Counted from the stretch's first letter, positions 27,235 to 37,455 are shown. The stretch is 64,000 bases of DNA from a virus (IMGVR_UViG_3300035208_007487), one strand, 5' to 3'. Notes: a model not told the origin generated them from the letters alone. Program-made: numbers and translations.

Positions 27235-28602
27235 ATGAATAGCTTAGATGATTTTAGTAATTTAACACCGACTGAAATAGAAGATATTGTTTTAAGATAC
27301 TGTTTTAAAAATCATGAAGCGGGAGATAAAATATTCCCGCTATTAACCCCTGATCTTTTTCAAGATGAAGTGACTCAAAGGATAATAGTAGCCATACAAG
27401 GTTATTTCAATGAATTCAGTAGATACCCTAGACCTAGAGAATTATATGATTTTAAATTACAAACTAAAGATGAAAAATCTAGATTTGATGAAATAGGTAA
27501 AATCAATTTAAGCTATTATACTGATGATTTAATTAAATTAGAGATAGAAAAATTCATTAGAGGTAAATTAACATACTTAGCAATCAAAAAGACTGCTGAG
27601 GAATGGAAAGCTAATAACTACAACACTATGACACCTGTTGTAGAGGAAATCAAAAAAGCAGTTAATTTCACCATTAATACAAAGGTTGGAATATCTGTTA
27701 AAAAAGATTTTGATTCTCTAATGGATTATTTACAAAAAAAGATAAAAATGGTGCCTAGTGCTTTTACTGCATTAAATGGATTAATAGATGGTGGGCATCC
27801 TGCAAAAGCAGTTACCATGTATTTTGGAGAAGCAAATATAGGTAAAACTACCTTCTTATGTAACGATGCCGCATTTGCAATAGCACATGGTTATAGTGCA
27901 TTATACGTGACATTAGAAATGCCAGATTTTGAGATATTCAAAAAAATTGCAGCTAATCTATTAGAAGTACCTGTAAATAAACTTAAAGATGCTAATACTA
28001 GTGAATTAAAAAAGAAAATGGAAGGATTATGCAAGGCTGATTTAAAGATAATCGAGTATCCTTCTTTTGAAATGACTGCATATGATTTGAGAAATATATT
28101 AAGCGAATTAGCATATAAAGAGCATTTTAAGCCTGACATTATTTTCATTGATTATGTGAACTGTATGCTTTCCAGTAAACAAAGTGGAGGGCAGCGCCAT
28201 GAAGATCTTGGATATATAATGAAAGAGCTTGAGAACATCGCTAAAGAATTTGATTTACCAATAGTAAGCTGTTCTCAATTGAATAGAGATGGGTATGGTA
28301 CATTAGAAGTATCTGCAAAAAATATTGGAGAATCAATTGATATAATTAAGTATTGCGCACAAGGTTATGCAATTATGAGAGATCCTACTATGAAATCAAA
28401 GGGATTATTTTTAGTTAAAATATTAAAAAATAGATATGGACCTAATGAATTGCAATTTTATTTAAAAGGAAGAATGGAAATAATGAAAATAACAGATGCA
28501 ACTAGGAATGAAGTTGAATCTATACAAACTTCTATACAAACACAAAATGTAGTTGATGCTGATGGAGCCACAGTGGAGAGTGTATTTGATGATCAAAAAT
28601 AA
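27235..28602 (+). CDS. Replicative helicase gp41 (DnaB-like)
   Basis: GEANIGKT, TLEM, IDYV, SQLNR, KNRYG; AAGGAG SD. Confidence 0.93.
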   Translation: MNSLDDFSNLTPTEIEDIVLRYCFKNHEAGDKIFPLLTPDLFQDEVTQRIIVAIQGYFNEFSRYPRPRELYDFKLQTKDEKSRFDEIGKINLSYYTDDLIKLEIEKFIRGKLTYLAIKKTAEEWKANNYNTMTPVVEEIKKAVNFTINTKVGISVKKDFDSLMDYLQKKIKMVPSAFTALNGLIDGGHPAKAVTMYFGEANIGKTTFLCNDAAFAIAHGYSALYVTLEMPDFEIFKKIAANLLEVPVNKLKDANTSELKKKMEGLCKADLKIIEYPSFEMTAYDLRNILSELAYKEHFKPDIIFIDYVNCMLSSKQSGGQRHEDLGYIMKELENIAKEFDLPIVSCSQLNRDGYGTLEVSAKNIGESIDIIKYCAQGYAIMRDPTMKSKGLFLVKILKNRYGPNELQFYLKGRMEIMKITDATRNEVESIQTSIQTQNVVDADGATVESVFDDQK

Positions 28603-28924
28603 AGAAAAAGATAGTTCAATTGTAAATTGGATAGATGTAATTAATGAAAAATTACTAATAATAGGGGTGTCATTAAAAACAGACATTTCTATATTAGGTA
28701 AGCATAAAATTGAGTTTAATGAAATAATTAGAGATTTATTAGATGATCATCCAAATAGTTTATTAAACAATATCATAATGTCAATGAAAGAATATTATGA
28801 AGTTGAAGAATTATATTCAATATTAGATGAGCAAAATAAATCAATATTATTGAGACATGCTAGTGAGTATTATAATATTCCATTAGTAAAGAAATCAAAC
28901 AAACGATCATCTAAAAAAAGATAA
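28589..28924 (+). CDS. Hypothetical protein, possibly a gp33-like late co-activator
   Basis: Small helical protein upstream of gp32; weak resemblance only; start moved from 28553 to the overlapping ATG at 28589. Confidence 0.4.
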   Translation: MIKNKEKDSSIVNWIDVINEKLLIIGVSLKTDISILGKHKIEFNEIIRDLLDDHPNSLLNNIIMSMKEYYEVEELYSILDEQNKSILLRHASEYYNIPLVKKSNKRSSKKR

Positions 28925-28999
28925 AATTAGTATAAATACTTATTACCCAGCAATAAATGTTGGCTAATAAGAAAATAAAAAATGAAAAAGGAAATAAAA

Positions 29000-29938
29000 A
29001 TGAAAACAAGTAGTTTAATAGCAGACATGGAATCAATTGATGAAACATTAAATGCAATAAATGGAAATAAAAAAACATTTGAAAAAGACCCTCGCCAATT
29101 TAGACCTAATTTAAAAAATGAAAAGAAAGAATATAGAGCTACAGTTAGATTCTTGAGTCAAGGGATTCAGCAAGTAGCAAAGAAAGCATATTTCATCGAA
29201 AGATGGGATCATGCATTTATTGAGAATGGACAATGGTATATCGAGCGTTGCCCATCATTAATAAACAAGCAATTAGGCGTTAAGGATCATAAGTGCCCTG
29301 CTTGCATTAGCAATCGTAGAGATTATAATTCTAAGCAAGAAGTTTTAGTTCAACGAGCACATGATCGTAAGATTAAAAAAACTTATGTGACCAATATTTT
29401 AGTAATTGATGATCCGCAGTTTCCAGAGAATAATGGAAAAATAATGTATTGGAATATGCCTTATGAAATTGTTAAATTAATTGAAATTAAATGGCATCCT
29501 GAATCTAAAAAGAGATCACCATCTAATCCTTATTGCCCAATCAAAGGCTATGCATTAGATTTAGTATTAAAGATAAATCCATCCACTGGATATGCTACAT
29601 ATGCTGGATCTGAATGGTTAGAGCCTGAGCCAATTTATGAGAATGAAGAAGAAATTGTTAAATTATTAAATTCAACAATTGATTTGGATGAATTTTTATC
29701 TGAACCTGATAAATTTAAGTCTTTTGATGAATTAAACAATCGTTTCCTTAAAGTTACATCAGGTGGAGTTATAATAGATTCTCCAATGAATACGATAATT
29801 GTTGACGATAAGCCTACTACTGCTTTAGATAAAGTTACTTCAAGTATTACTACATCAGCATTAGCAGCAGACGTTCCAGATAAGCCGGTTGAAGGTGGCG
29901 AAGTTTCAACTGAAGATGATAGTTGGCTAGAAGATTAA
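29000..29938 (+). CDS. Single-stranded DNA-binding protein gp32
   Basis: VRFL, H..C..CPAC Zn ligands, NILVIDDP..NNGK, acidic C-terminal tail; AAGGA SD favours ATG 29000 over 28982. Confidence 0.92.
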   Translation: MKTSSLIADMESIDETLNAINGNKKTFEKDPRQFRPNLKNEKKEYRATVRFLSQGIQQVAKKAYFIERWDHAFIENGQWYIERCPSLINKQLGVKDHKCPACISNRRDYNSKQEVLVQRAHDRKIKKTYVTNILVIDDPQFPENNGKIMYWNMPYEIVKLIEIKWHPESKKRSPSNPYCPIKGYALDLVLKINPSTGYATYAGSEWLEPEPIYENEEEIVKLLNSTIDLDEFLSEPDKFKSFDELNNRFLKVTSGGVIIDSPMNTIIVDDKPTTALDKVTSSITTSALAADVPDKPVEGGEVSTEDDSWLED

Positions 29939-29961
29939 TAGTAAAAAATAGTCTAAATATT

Positions 29962-29988
29962 AAGAGTGCTGAAAGGCGCTCTTTTTTT
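29962..29988 (+). terminator. Intrinsic terminator after gp32
   Basis: AAGAGTGCT-GAAA-GGCGCTCTT GNRA hairpin followed by a T run. Confidence 0.85.
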
Positions 29989-30534
29989 ATGTCTAAAAAT
30001 CCAGAAGAATTTAATAAAATAAATGAGTTATTTAATAACGGATATTTAAACCTAATAAAAAATATTCCAAATAGAGATGATATTGATTATAAACAAAATA
30101 TGAAAAAATTCATCAAACATAACTTAGATTATGATGTTAAACTAAAAAGGAAAGAACTCAGAAAGTTAACATCACACATAAGTATCAAAATTAACTATTT
30201 TGTATCAAAAATTAATTCAGAGCAATTAGATTATATTGATATTAAAAAAGAATACATTAAAATTGAAAATACTTTATATAAGTACACTGAGCATAGGATG
30301 TTTAATAATATTAAAATATGCAAAGATACCAATTTATCATTGATGATGATACAAGATGAATATAGTGATCCAACTTCTTATAGATTTAATTTTATATTTT
30401 TTTATAGAATGGCTGAAAATGGAATAAAACAAAATTATATTCAATGCAGAAATACTATTAAAAAATATGAAACTACTTTAAAGATATTAAAAAAGATGAA
30501 GAGGGAAGTTGTATACCTGAATTCGCTCTATTAG
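29989..30534 (+). CDS. Hypothetical basic protein (probable start MSKNPE)
   Basis: ORF track 29923..30534; the upstream extension spans the terminator. Confidence 0.6.
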   Translation: MSKNPEEFNKINELFNNGYLNLIKNIPNRDDIDYKQNMKKFIKHNLDYDVKLKRKELRKLTSHISIKINYFVSKINSEQLDYIDIKKEYIKIENTLYKYTEHRMFNNIKICKDTNLSLMMIQDEYSDPTSYRFNFIFFYRMAENGIKQNYIQCRNTIKKYETTLKILKKMKREVVYLNSLY

Positions 30535-30544
30535 TTATCATTAT

Positions 30545-31663
30545 ATGATGGTGACGAAATACATTCCACTTGAAGCCTATCAAGAATATCTGGAAAAGAT
30601 TGTTGAAGATGGTGCAGTAGAAGTAGCTAGTGAAAGTAAGCTACTGTTTAGATGTCCAATATGTGGAGATTCAAAGAAAAGTAAATCAAAACGAAGGGGT
30701 TTCTTATTAAGTGATGGCGAGCATGCCACAATGGGATGTTTAAAATGTGGAGTTAGAATACCATTTTATTATTATCTAAAGACTGAACATTCAGCATTAT
30801 ATAGTGACTGGATTATGAATGTTTATGTTTTTGATAAAGAATATGAAAAAAAAGAAGAAGAATTTGCAAAAGAAACATGCTATGTAGATTATTCGGAATT
30901 TTATCCATTAACCGATAAAACAGCACCAACGATACGAAATAGCGCCTTGCATTTAATAAACAGCAGAAAAATACCTAAATTAATTGCAAAAAAATTATTG
31001 TATTCTTATTCTGGAAAATTTGCAAATAGATTAATATTTCCATATTATATGAGAGATGGATCTTTTAAATATTTTGAAGCTAGAGATTTAGGAAATAATG
31101 ATATTCAAAAATATAAGTTTCCGACTGCATTACCTCAAGAATATTATAATTTAAATTTTGTTGATAAAAATAGATTATTTTTTATTTTTGAAGGATTAAT
31201 AGACTCATTTTTTATAGAAAATTCTATTACATCAGGTGGAGCTACTAAAATTGGTACATTATTAAGTGAAATAGATAAAAAATATCATAAAAATGCTGTT
31301 TTAATTTTTGATGGAGATATTGTAGGAATACGCCAAGCCTATAGATATTTTAAAAAAGGTTATAAAGTGTTTGTGTGGAATGAATCAATGTTAAAATTAT
31401 CAAAAGATGGTAAAATTGACATGAATGAATTAGTTATTAAAGGGTTCTTTGATTCTGTTTTAGATAAAAGTGGTAGAATACCTGAATCAAAAATAATGAA
31501 ATACGTTATGGTGCCTAGCATTTATAATTTGTTAGAATTTGAAATGTATTACTCAAGAATGGGTTTTGAGTTAGAGGAAAAGCTAGATGCTAAATTTATT
31601 CACAAAAGAGCAATTGAACCAGTTAAAAATAATAGGAATAAACGGAAAAGCGGGGTCCGGTAA
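30545..31663 (+). CDS. DNA primase gp61
   Basis: RCPICGDS..CLKC Zn finger, RLIFP, FEGLIDS, Toprim FDGD. Confidence 0.92.
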   Translation: MMVTKYIPLEAYQEYLEKIVEDGAVEVASESKLLFRCPICGDSKKSKSKRRGFLLSDGEHATMGCLKCGVRIPFYYYLKTEHSALYSDWIMNVYVFDKEYEKKEEEFAKETCYVDYSEFYPLTDKTAPTIRNSALHLINSRKIPKLIAKKLLYSYSGKFANRLIFPYYMRDGSFKYFEARDLGNNDIQKYKFPTALPQEYYNLNFVDKNRLFFIFEGLIDSFFIENSITSGGATKIGTLLSEIDKKYHKNAVLIFDGDIVGIRQAYRYFKKGYKVFVWNESMLKLSKDGKIDMNELVIKGFFDSVLDKSGRIPESKIMKYVMVPSIYNLLEFEMYYSRMGFELEEKLDAKFIHKRAIEPVKNNRNKRKSGVR

Positions 31664-32150
31664 GGATTTCATAGCTAAAAACTGTTATCCTAGATATTTT
31701 CAAATCGCTTTTGCTGATCATTTTAAATATGATTTAGTTGGTAAAAAAATACGCACATATGAAGATGTATATGTAACTAAGACACCTGAGACTAGACATA
31801 TCATGCAAGAATACGGAACAGAAAAAGGCCGTAATGTGTATGGCGAGGATGTTTGGATTAATTGTACTGAATCTATGATATATAATATTTTTAATAGAAA
31901 TCATATACAGGATTTTATATTTCCAGATGTTAGATATGATAATGAAGCTCAATTTATTAGAAATTTAGGTGGAATTGTTATTTCAATTGAATCAAATAGA
32001 AATTTATCAACTATGGATGATACTGCAAAAAAGCATTCATCTGAATCAGATATATCATCTGATTTATTAGATGTTATTGTTACTAATAATTTAGATGATG
32101 ATTTAGCTTCAATAAAAGATCAATTAAGTATTTGGTTACCTATAAAATAA
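31587..32150 (+). CDS. Deoxynucleoside monophosphate kinase (gp1-like)
   Basis: GKAGSGKD, FAD, R..MQEYGTE, DVRYDNE, HSSE. Confidence 0.9.
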   Translation: MLNLFTKEQLNQLKIIGINGKAGSGKDFIAKNCYPRYFQIAFADHFKYDLVGKKIRTYEDVYVTKTPETRHIMQEYGTEKGRNVYGEDVWINCTESMIYNIFNRNHIQDFIFPDVRYDNEAQFIRNLGGIVISIESNRNLSTMDDTAKKHSSESDISSDLLDVIVTNNLDDDLASIKDQLSIWLPIK

Positions 32151-32180
32151 GTAGTATTTTTCCTATAAATATTCAGTATT

Positions 32181-32882
32181 ATGAATATTGTTGGATGCGA
32201 TTTATCTATAAATGGATCTGGTTTCACTGTATTAGAATGTAATGATAATTTAGATGTTACAAATGTTTTTTTCTTAGGATTTACTAAAATTAAAAAATTA
32301 GTTAGGCATTTAAATAATCTACATATTGAATTATTGCCAAAAAATTATAGTGAATATCCGTATCATTGTCGTGGAAATATAATTTTTGATATTTTTGCGA
32401 AATATTATAATCCAGGTAATTTAGATTTTATGGTAGTTGAAGATTATTCATTTGGATCAAAGGGTAACACTTTTGATATAGCTGAGGTAATTGGAGGAAT
32501 TAAAAATAGATTTTATCAATTAAGAATTCCATATAAGAAATACTCCCCAAGCACGATTAAACTCTTTGCAACTGGTAAGGGGAGCGCTGATAAGGTTTTT
32601 ATGGGATTGGCCTTTGAACAGCTTAAAAACGGCCTTATTGACGATTCTGTTGCATTGCCTAGCTATGAATCACCTAAAGCAGATCTAGTAGATTCATTTT
32701 GGGCAGCTCAATTATATCGTCATGAATTACTATATCTTAAACACGGTGAACCATATTCCGATATATTAAAGCCATATGGTGAAAAATCAATAGCTGCTTT
32801 AATTGGTGGAAACAAAAAAGTAAAAACCGCTCCAGCTATGGAACATGAAACTATTCTATATCATAATGAATATTTAAACTAA
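32181..32882 (+). CDS. RuvC-like Holliday junction resolvase
   Basis: GCDLS..G, VEDYSF, PSTIKLFATGKGSADK, DLVDS; TATAAATA upstream. Confidence 0.85.
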   Translation: MNIVGCDLSINGSGFTVLECNDNLDVTNVFFLGFTKIKKLVRHLNNLHIELLPKNYSEYPYHCRGNIIFDIFAKYYNPGNLDFMVVEDYSFGSKGNTFDIAEVIGGIKNRFYQLRIPYKKYSPSTIKLFATGKGSADKVFMGLAFEQLKNGLIDDSVALPSYESPKADLVDSFWAAQLYRHELLYLKHGEPYSDILKPYGEKSIAALIGGNKKVKTAPAMEHETILYHNEYLN

Positions 32883-33477
32883 AGACTCTACCTTCTCTTT
32901 GGTAAGTCAATCCTTTTAATACTTCCAACTGTAATACTATATAATAATCACTGATAGCATTCTCAACTTCAGTAAATAGTAATTCACTTTTGCCTCCATT
33001 GAAAGTTAAAGGCACTTTAACTAAATTATTAAATTTATTATCATTTACATAGTAAGATTCTAAATTTTCTATTGCAATCGAGCTTAATGTATTAACTGGT
33101 TTAATATAATTTTGAGATAAACCAATTCTAATAACACTAGAATCATCAATTGTTGAATTTATCCATAATGCAATGTTTTTAACAACAGTGTACGTTCTGT
33201 TGTAGCAATAATTAGAACATTCATCTGTTATTGTTAATCCTCTAGAATTCAACGAATATTCAATATTTTTATTTAAGTTTAATTGTAATTTTATCCAATT
33301 TTCATAAGAAAATGAGCGGGATTTTAGATACGGGGCATATACTGGATAATTTAATGAATCAGCTACTTCACAGGTAGTTGCGCTATCAATTGATTTAAAC
33401 GCTAGACTAGATATTTCAAAAGAATAGCCGGATGATCCAGTTGATTTTAATAAAACAAAATTAATCAAGTCATTCAT
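32851..33477 (-). CDS. Hypothetical late protein, probably virion-associated
   Basis: ATAAATA 7 nt upstream; beta-rich sequence. Confidence 0.6.
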   Translation of the reverse strand: MNDLINFVLLKSTGSSGYSFEISSLAFKSIDSATTCEVADSLNYPVYAPYLKSRSFSYENWIKLQLNLNKNIEYSLNSRGLTITDECSNYCYNRTYTVVKNIALWINSTIDDSSVIRIGLSQNYIKPVNTLSSIAIENLESYYVNDNKFNNLVKVPLTFNGGKSELLFTEVENAISDYYIVLQLEVLKGLTYQREGRVFSLNIHYDIE

Positions 33478-33573
33478 TATTTAATATTTATTATTCTCAT
33501 ATAACTTACTATTTTAATTTAGTTATATACATTAAAGGGATTGGTCATTAATTTAAATTTTGAGGTGTAAACA

Positions 33574-34752
33574 TTGAGAGCTACAAATTCTACTTTACTT
33601 AAAACTTCTAGCATTAGATACTATGATAAAAAAATAAAGCAATGCTCTTTATTTACTAAAGAAGAAGAAATAAGTATTTTTACGTTAATGTTTAATATTA
33701 AAAAAAACATATGCAATATACTATTAAATGATATTAATATATTCAATAAATTTAAAAAAATAGCTAGCGAATATTTAGATAATGACAATTTAATGGATTT
33801 TATTTTATTTGATACTGATTTTTGTAAAACTTCAGATTTAGAGGAAATTGTTGATTTTTACGAAACAGCAACTAACTCAATTATATTATTAGAAAAATAC
33901 GAAGATACAAAAGATTATACTAATTTGATTTATTTTAGTAATGAAGCTTTTAATAGTTTAATTTGCTTATTATCAAATGAAGAAAGAGAAAAATATAACA
34001 TAGATAGCTTATTAAAAATAATTGATTCAATTAGGGATAGAATAATTGAACATAATTTAGCAATGGCAGTTGAACTAGCATTAAAATATAAAAACACTAT
34101 ACAAATCTCATTAGATGATGCAATACAGGGCGCAATGATTGGATTATCTATTGCTGTTGATAAGTTCAACCCTTTTATAAAAACTAAATTGTCAACCTCG
34201 GCTTATTCTTGGATATTCCAAGGTATTCAAAGACTAAATGATAATACTTGTGAATTAATACAAACTCCATGTAATATCATTGAACAAAGTAAGAAAAATA
34301 ATAAAATAATAAATGACTTATTAAAAAGCAAAGGATCGTTTCCTAGCGCAGATGAAATATGCGAAGCTGCCGGAAATGATTCATATCTAGTATCTATTAA
34401 AAGATATGATTCATTTGATTCAGTGGATGCAAATAATATTCAGTTATGCGATAAGATAAAAGATCCAAATATTGCAGATAATACTACTATTTTAGAATAT
34501 AATAAACTTAAAAATAAAATGAAAGATATTATTAATTCTTTGGATGATAAAGAAAAAGAAATAATTGAATTAATGTTTGGTTATAATAATAAAGAACCGT
34601 TAAGCAATAAAGCAATAATGGATAAATTAAGCATAGATAATTATTCTTTTAACAAATTAAGAACCATTGCTTTAAATAAAGTTAAAGATTTAGTTGAAGA
34701 AGAATTTGAATTCGACAATTGGAGAGAAATTTTTGAAAGCGAGGAGTTATAA
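33574..34752 (+). CDS. Sigma70-family RNA polymerase sigma factor, divergent
   Basis: Region 1.2 LFTKEEE; region 2 HNLAMAV..DAIQGAMIGLSIAVDKFN..LSTSAYSWI; region 4 LDDKEKEII; GAGGTG SD with TTG start. Confidence 0.85.
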   Translation: MRATNSTLLKTSSIRYYDKKIKQCSLFTKEEEISIFTLMFNIKKNICNILLNDINIFNKFKKIASEYLDNDNLMDFILFDTDFCKTSDLEEIVDFYETATNSIILLEKYEDTKDYTNLIYFSNEAFNSLICLLSNEEREKYNIDSLLKIIDSIRDRIIEHNLAMAVELALKYKNTIQISLDDAIQGAMIGLSIAVDKFNPFIKTKLSTSAYSWIFQGIQRLNDNTCELIQTPCNIIEQSKKNNKIINDLLKSKGSFPSADEICEAAGNDSYLVSIKRYDSFDSVDANNIQLCDKIKDPNIADNTTILEYNKLKNKMKDIINSLDDKEKEIIELMFGYNNKEPLSNKAIMDKLSIDNYSFNKLRTIALNKVKDLVEEEFEFDNWREIFESEEL

Positions 34753-35093
34753 TGTCAATAAGTGATAACAAATACACTGGTAAAAAAACTAAAACTAAAT
34801 TAAAAAGATTGATTAGTTCTTCTAAATTATTAAAAGATGCTAAACATTGCAAAACTTTTACTAGTAAAATTACCTATAGTATTTTTAAAGATGAAAAGCT
34901 GATATATTCTAATAATTATATGAGCGCAATAAATTGTTCAGACCTAAATAGTTACTCGAAAATTATAATAAATACTATAAGACTCAATGGAGCTACTGAA
35001 ATAAATTCAGATAGAAACAGAATAACAATCACATCTAAAACTTGTGATAATTTGATGTTAAAATCTTCAATTGAGTTAATAGGAATAAAGTAA
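34752..35093 (+). CDS. Hypothetical protein (113 aa)
   Basis: GAGGAG SD and TAATG coupling. Confidence 0.65.
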   Translation: MSISDNKYTGKKTKTKLKRLISSSKLLKDAKHCKTFTSKITYSIFKDEKLIYSNNYMSAINCSDLNSYSKIIINTIRLNGATEINSDRNRITITSKTCDNLMLKSSIELIGIK

Positions 35094-35094
35094 T

Positions 35095-35412
35095 ATGTCA
35101 TTAAAAAATTTTGTAGACAATTGTGTATTAATTGCAAATTTTCATCCCAAATCAACTAGAATAAGTTTTGAAAATGATATTTGTATTAAAGCTGGAATAA
35201 ATTCATTTATGAATTCATTGGAGTATAGAGATAATTATATTATAATTTCTAATTCTTTAGATGACTCTGCGGTATTTATTGAAGCAATAACGCCAATAGC
35301 TAAGGTATTAGTTTTAATTGATGGAAGAGGTACATTAATTATCGGAGATAGTGACTATCAATATTTAACTAATTATGTTAATATATTGTTTTCACAAATA
35401 CCTAAAGATTAA
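35095..35412 (+). CDS. Hypothetical protein (105 aa)
   Basis: Coupled ORF. Confidence 0.65.
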   Translation: MSLKNFVDNCVLIANFHPKSTRISFENDICIKAGINSFMNSLEYRDNYIIISNSLDDSAVFIEAITPIAKVLVLIDGRGTLIIGDSDYQYLTNYVNILFSQIPKD

Positions 35413-36173
35413 TATATCCCTATCATAGGTTGAGCACTTTCGCCAATCAATTGCGCTTCATATTTTTCTCGATCTTTTACTCCCATGTCATAAACAAATT
35501 GACCATTTACCTTGCCCCCACCTGGAAGTGGTCTATCATATAAATTTAGCACAATTCCCCATATTTCTTTTAATCTAGCAACTGCTATTTCAACAAACAA
35601 AGGGTGGCCAAATACTTGTCCTAATTCTGCTCTTCTATAAACTCTACCTATTAAAAATCTTCCACCATATGAATTATCAAAAGTAGGAGGAGGTGGAGTT
35701 ATATGTAATTCTTTTTCTCCTTTGGAATTAAATATTAATTTTGAATAATATTGAGGGCCACAAGATCTATTAATTTCAGCTAGATTCATTTTAGCGGCGG
35801 TATATCCAGCCATATTCCAATCTTGATAATTAACACTCATGGTTAAAAAGCTTTCCATAGACCCAACATCTAGCATCATAAATGGATTAGCTAGCATTCC
35901 ATTAAATGATGCATATACCTCAATAACATCTTCTACCCAATATGGTACAGGATATATAGATTGTCCAGGTATAGCTGGAATAGTTATCCAACTCATGTAA
36001 GAAGATTCATTGGCATTATGTCTAAAAAAGAAATCTAAGGTTTGATTAATTGTATCATCTAGGTGATTTCTAGGTGATATTGAATCGGGAAATAATTTCA
36101 AATCAATATTATGCATAGGTGCTCCCAATTTTAGCATAATACTCTCCGACACTTGACTTCTAGTTAAAAACAT
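35409..36173 (-). CDS. Neck protein, gp13-like
   Basis: KLGAPMHNI, KEIWG..L..Y..LPGGGKVNG, P..I at the C-terminus. Confidence 0.85.
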   Translation of the reverse strand: MFLTRSQVSESIMLKLGAPMHNIDLKLFPDSISPRNHLDDTINQTLDFFFRHNANESSYMSWITIPAIPGQSIYPVPYWVEDVIEVYASFNGMLANPFMMLDVGSMESFLTMSVNYQDWNMAGYTAAKMNLAEINRSCGPQYYSKLIFNSKGEKELHITPPPPTFDNSYGGRFLIGRVYRRAELGQVFGHPLFVEIAVARLKEIWGIVLNLYDRPLPGGGKVNGQFVYDMGVKDREKYEAQLIGESAQPMIGIY

Positions 36174-36190
36174 TTAGTACCTTCTACCTA

Positions 36191-36204
36191 TTATTTATAA
36201 ATAA
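36191..36204. promoter_or_regulatory. Palindromic bidirectional late promoter
   Basis: TTATTTATAAATAA reads TATAAATA on both strands between divergent genes. Confidence 0.7.
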
Positions 36205-36221
36205 ATACTAAGGACTATAAA

Positions 36222-37040
36222 ATGAATTCTGTAAAATACATTAATTTAAATAAAGCTAAAGTAACTCTATTAGAGACTTTAGTTGGAACTAGATATAAAT
36301 CTAAAAACAAATTCAAAAAAGCTTTTTTTGAATCAATTGAAAAAAGATTTATATTAACAGAGGGAATTAAAGAAAATTTATCTAAATTAGTTGATGATGT
36401 TATGTTCTTTTTCAAGAATACGGCTGAAAACAACAAAAGATTAGATTATTTAATAAATGTAGGTAAAAAAGCATTAAGTTTACATGGATTCACTAATGCA
36501 CCTGCATTAAATAGAACATTGCATGCATTTATTGGGAAAGAACCAACTGGAGATAGATTAAAACAATTTTTAAAATTATGGATGAATTATTTAGTTTATA
36601 GTTATGATGGCAAAAGTCCAATAATAACATTTAATATGGAATTAGGTGCATTAGAATCAGCACTTAAAGCTTTCAAAAATAATGGAGCTTTACAGGGATA
36701 TAATAACAATATTGATGAATTATTATCAGAAAATGGTTTAATATACATTTTGAAAAAACTTTCAAATAGATTAAATGATGGGGCTGAAGAATTAAAAAAT
36801 AATGCCGAATATAGAACTAATAATAAAGTTGAAGCTAAACCAAACATTTCGGATAAAATAAGTATTAAAAAGCAAGGTGAAAATAAATTAATTAAATTAG
36901 ATAATAACGAAGATTTAACAAATTTATTTACTTCATATCAAGAAAGAGAACAGTTCCCTAAAGATAAAAGATTTAAAACTTATGCATATGAATCAGTATA
37001 TAATGCTTTTATAATTGCTCTAGATACTCTGATAGGGTAA
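36222..37040 (+). CDS. Hypothetical late protein (possible internal head protein)
   Basis: Late promoter, AAGGA SD, N-terminal LLE/FFES/LTE motifs. Confidence 0.65.
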   Translation: MNSVKYINLNKAKVTLLETLVGTRYKSKNKFKKAFFESIEKRFILTEGIKENLSKLVDDVMFFFKNTAENNKRLDYLINVGKKALSLHGFTNAPALNRTLHAFIGKEPTGDRLKQFLKLWMNYLVYSYDGKSPIITFNMELGALESALKAFKNNGALQGYNNNIDELLSENGLIYILKKLSNRLNDGAEELKNNAEYRTNNKVEAKPNISDKISIKKQGENKLIKLDNNEDLTNLFTSYQEREQFPKDKRFKTYAYESVYNAFIIALDTLIG

Positions 37041-37374
37041 TAAGAGAATCTCCAAAATCTGTCACGCACAAGCCAATCTTAATAATGTTTAAATAGTCCT
37101 CATCAAATTTAATATTGGCTTCTTTACATACCCCTAATACATAATCTAACGATCCGATTCTAAATCCCTCCATATACAGGTATTCTTCAAAATATTCAAT
37201 TGAAGTAATTCTGCAATAATTATGCGCATCTAATTTTGAATTAATGGCATCCCGATATCCAATTACAAACAATTTAAGTAATTCATCACTAATCAGACTT
37301 TGATTCAATGGCTTTCCATATTCAAGTTCCAAAGTAGCTCGAATAAGAATATTCTTAGTGATCGTAACTGCCAT
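37009..37374 (-). CDS. Hypothetical protein (probable start MAVTITK)
   Basis: ORF track 37009..37392; GAGGTG SD upstream of the ATGs near 37374. Confidence 0.55.
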   Translation of the reverse strand: MAVTITKNILIRATLELEYGKPLNQSLISDELLKLFVIGYRDAINSKLDAHNYCRITSIEYFEEYLYMEGFRIGSLDYVLGVCKEANIKFDEDYLNIIKIGLCVTDFGDSLITLSEYLEQL

Positions 37375-37424
37375 GATGCACCTCGCTTTCAAGTTGAATA
37401 TAAAAAAATTGCCCTTTTTGGCAA

Positions 37425-37455
37425 CAAAAAAAGCGAAGTAGTTAAACTTCGCTTC
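37425..37455 (-). terminator. Intrinsic terminator after the major capsid gene
   Basis: AAGCGAAGT..ACTTCGCTT stem with a 7-T tail on the minus strand; second small hairpin at 37409-37424. Confidence 0.8.

Noticed and set aside
29989-30534. gp59 helicase loader
   Set aside because: Its position next to gp32 is suggestive, but no sequence motif could be recognised
32181-32882. Cas12/TnpB-type RuvC effector
   Set aside because: Only 233 aa with plain resolvase motifs, no Zn finger and no adjacent array
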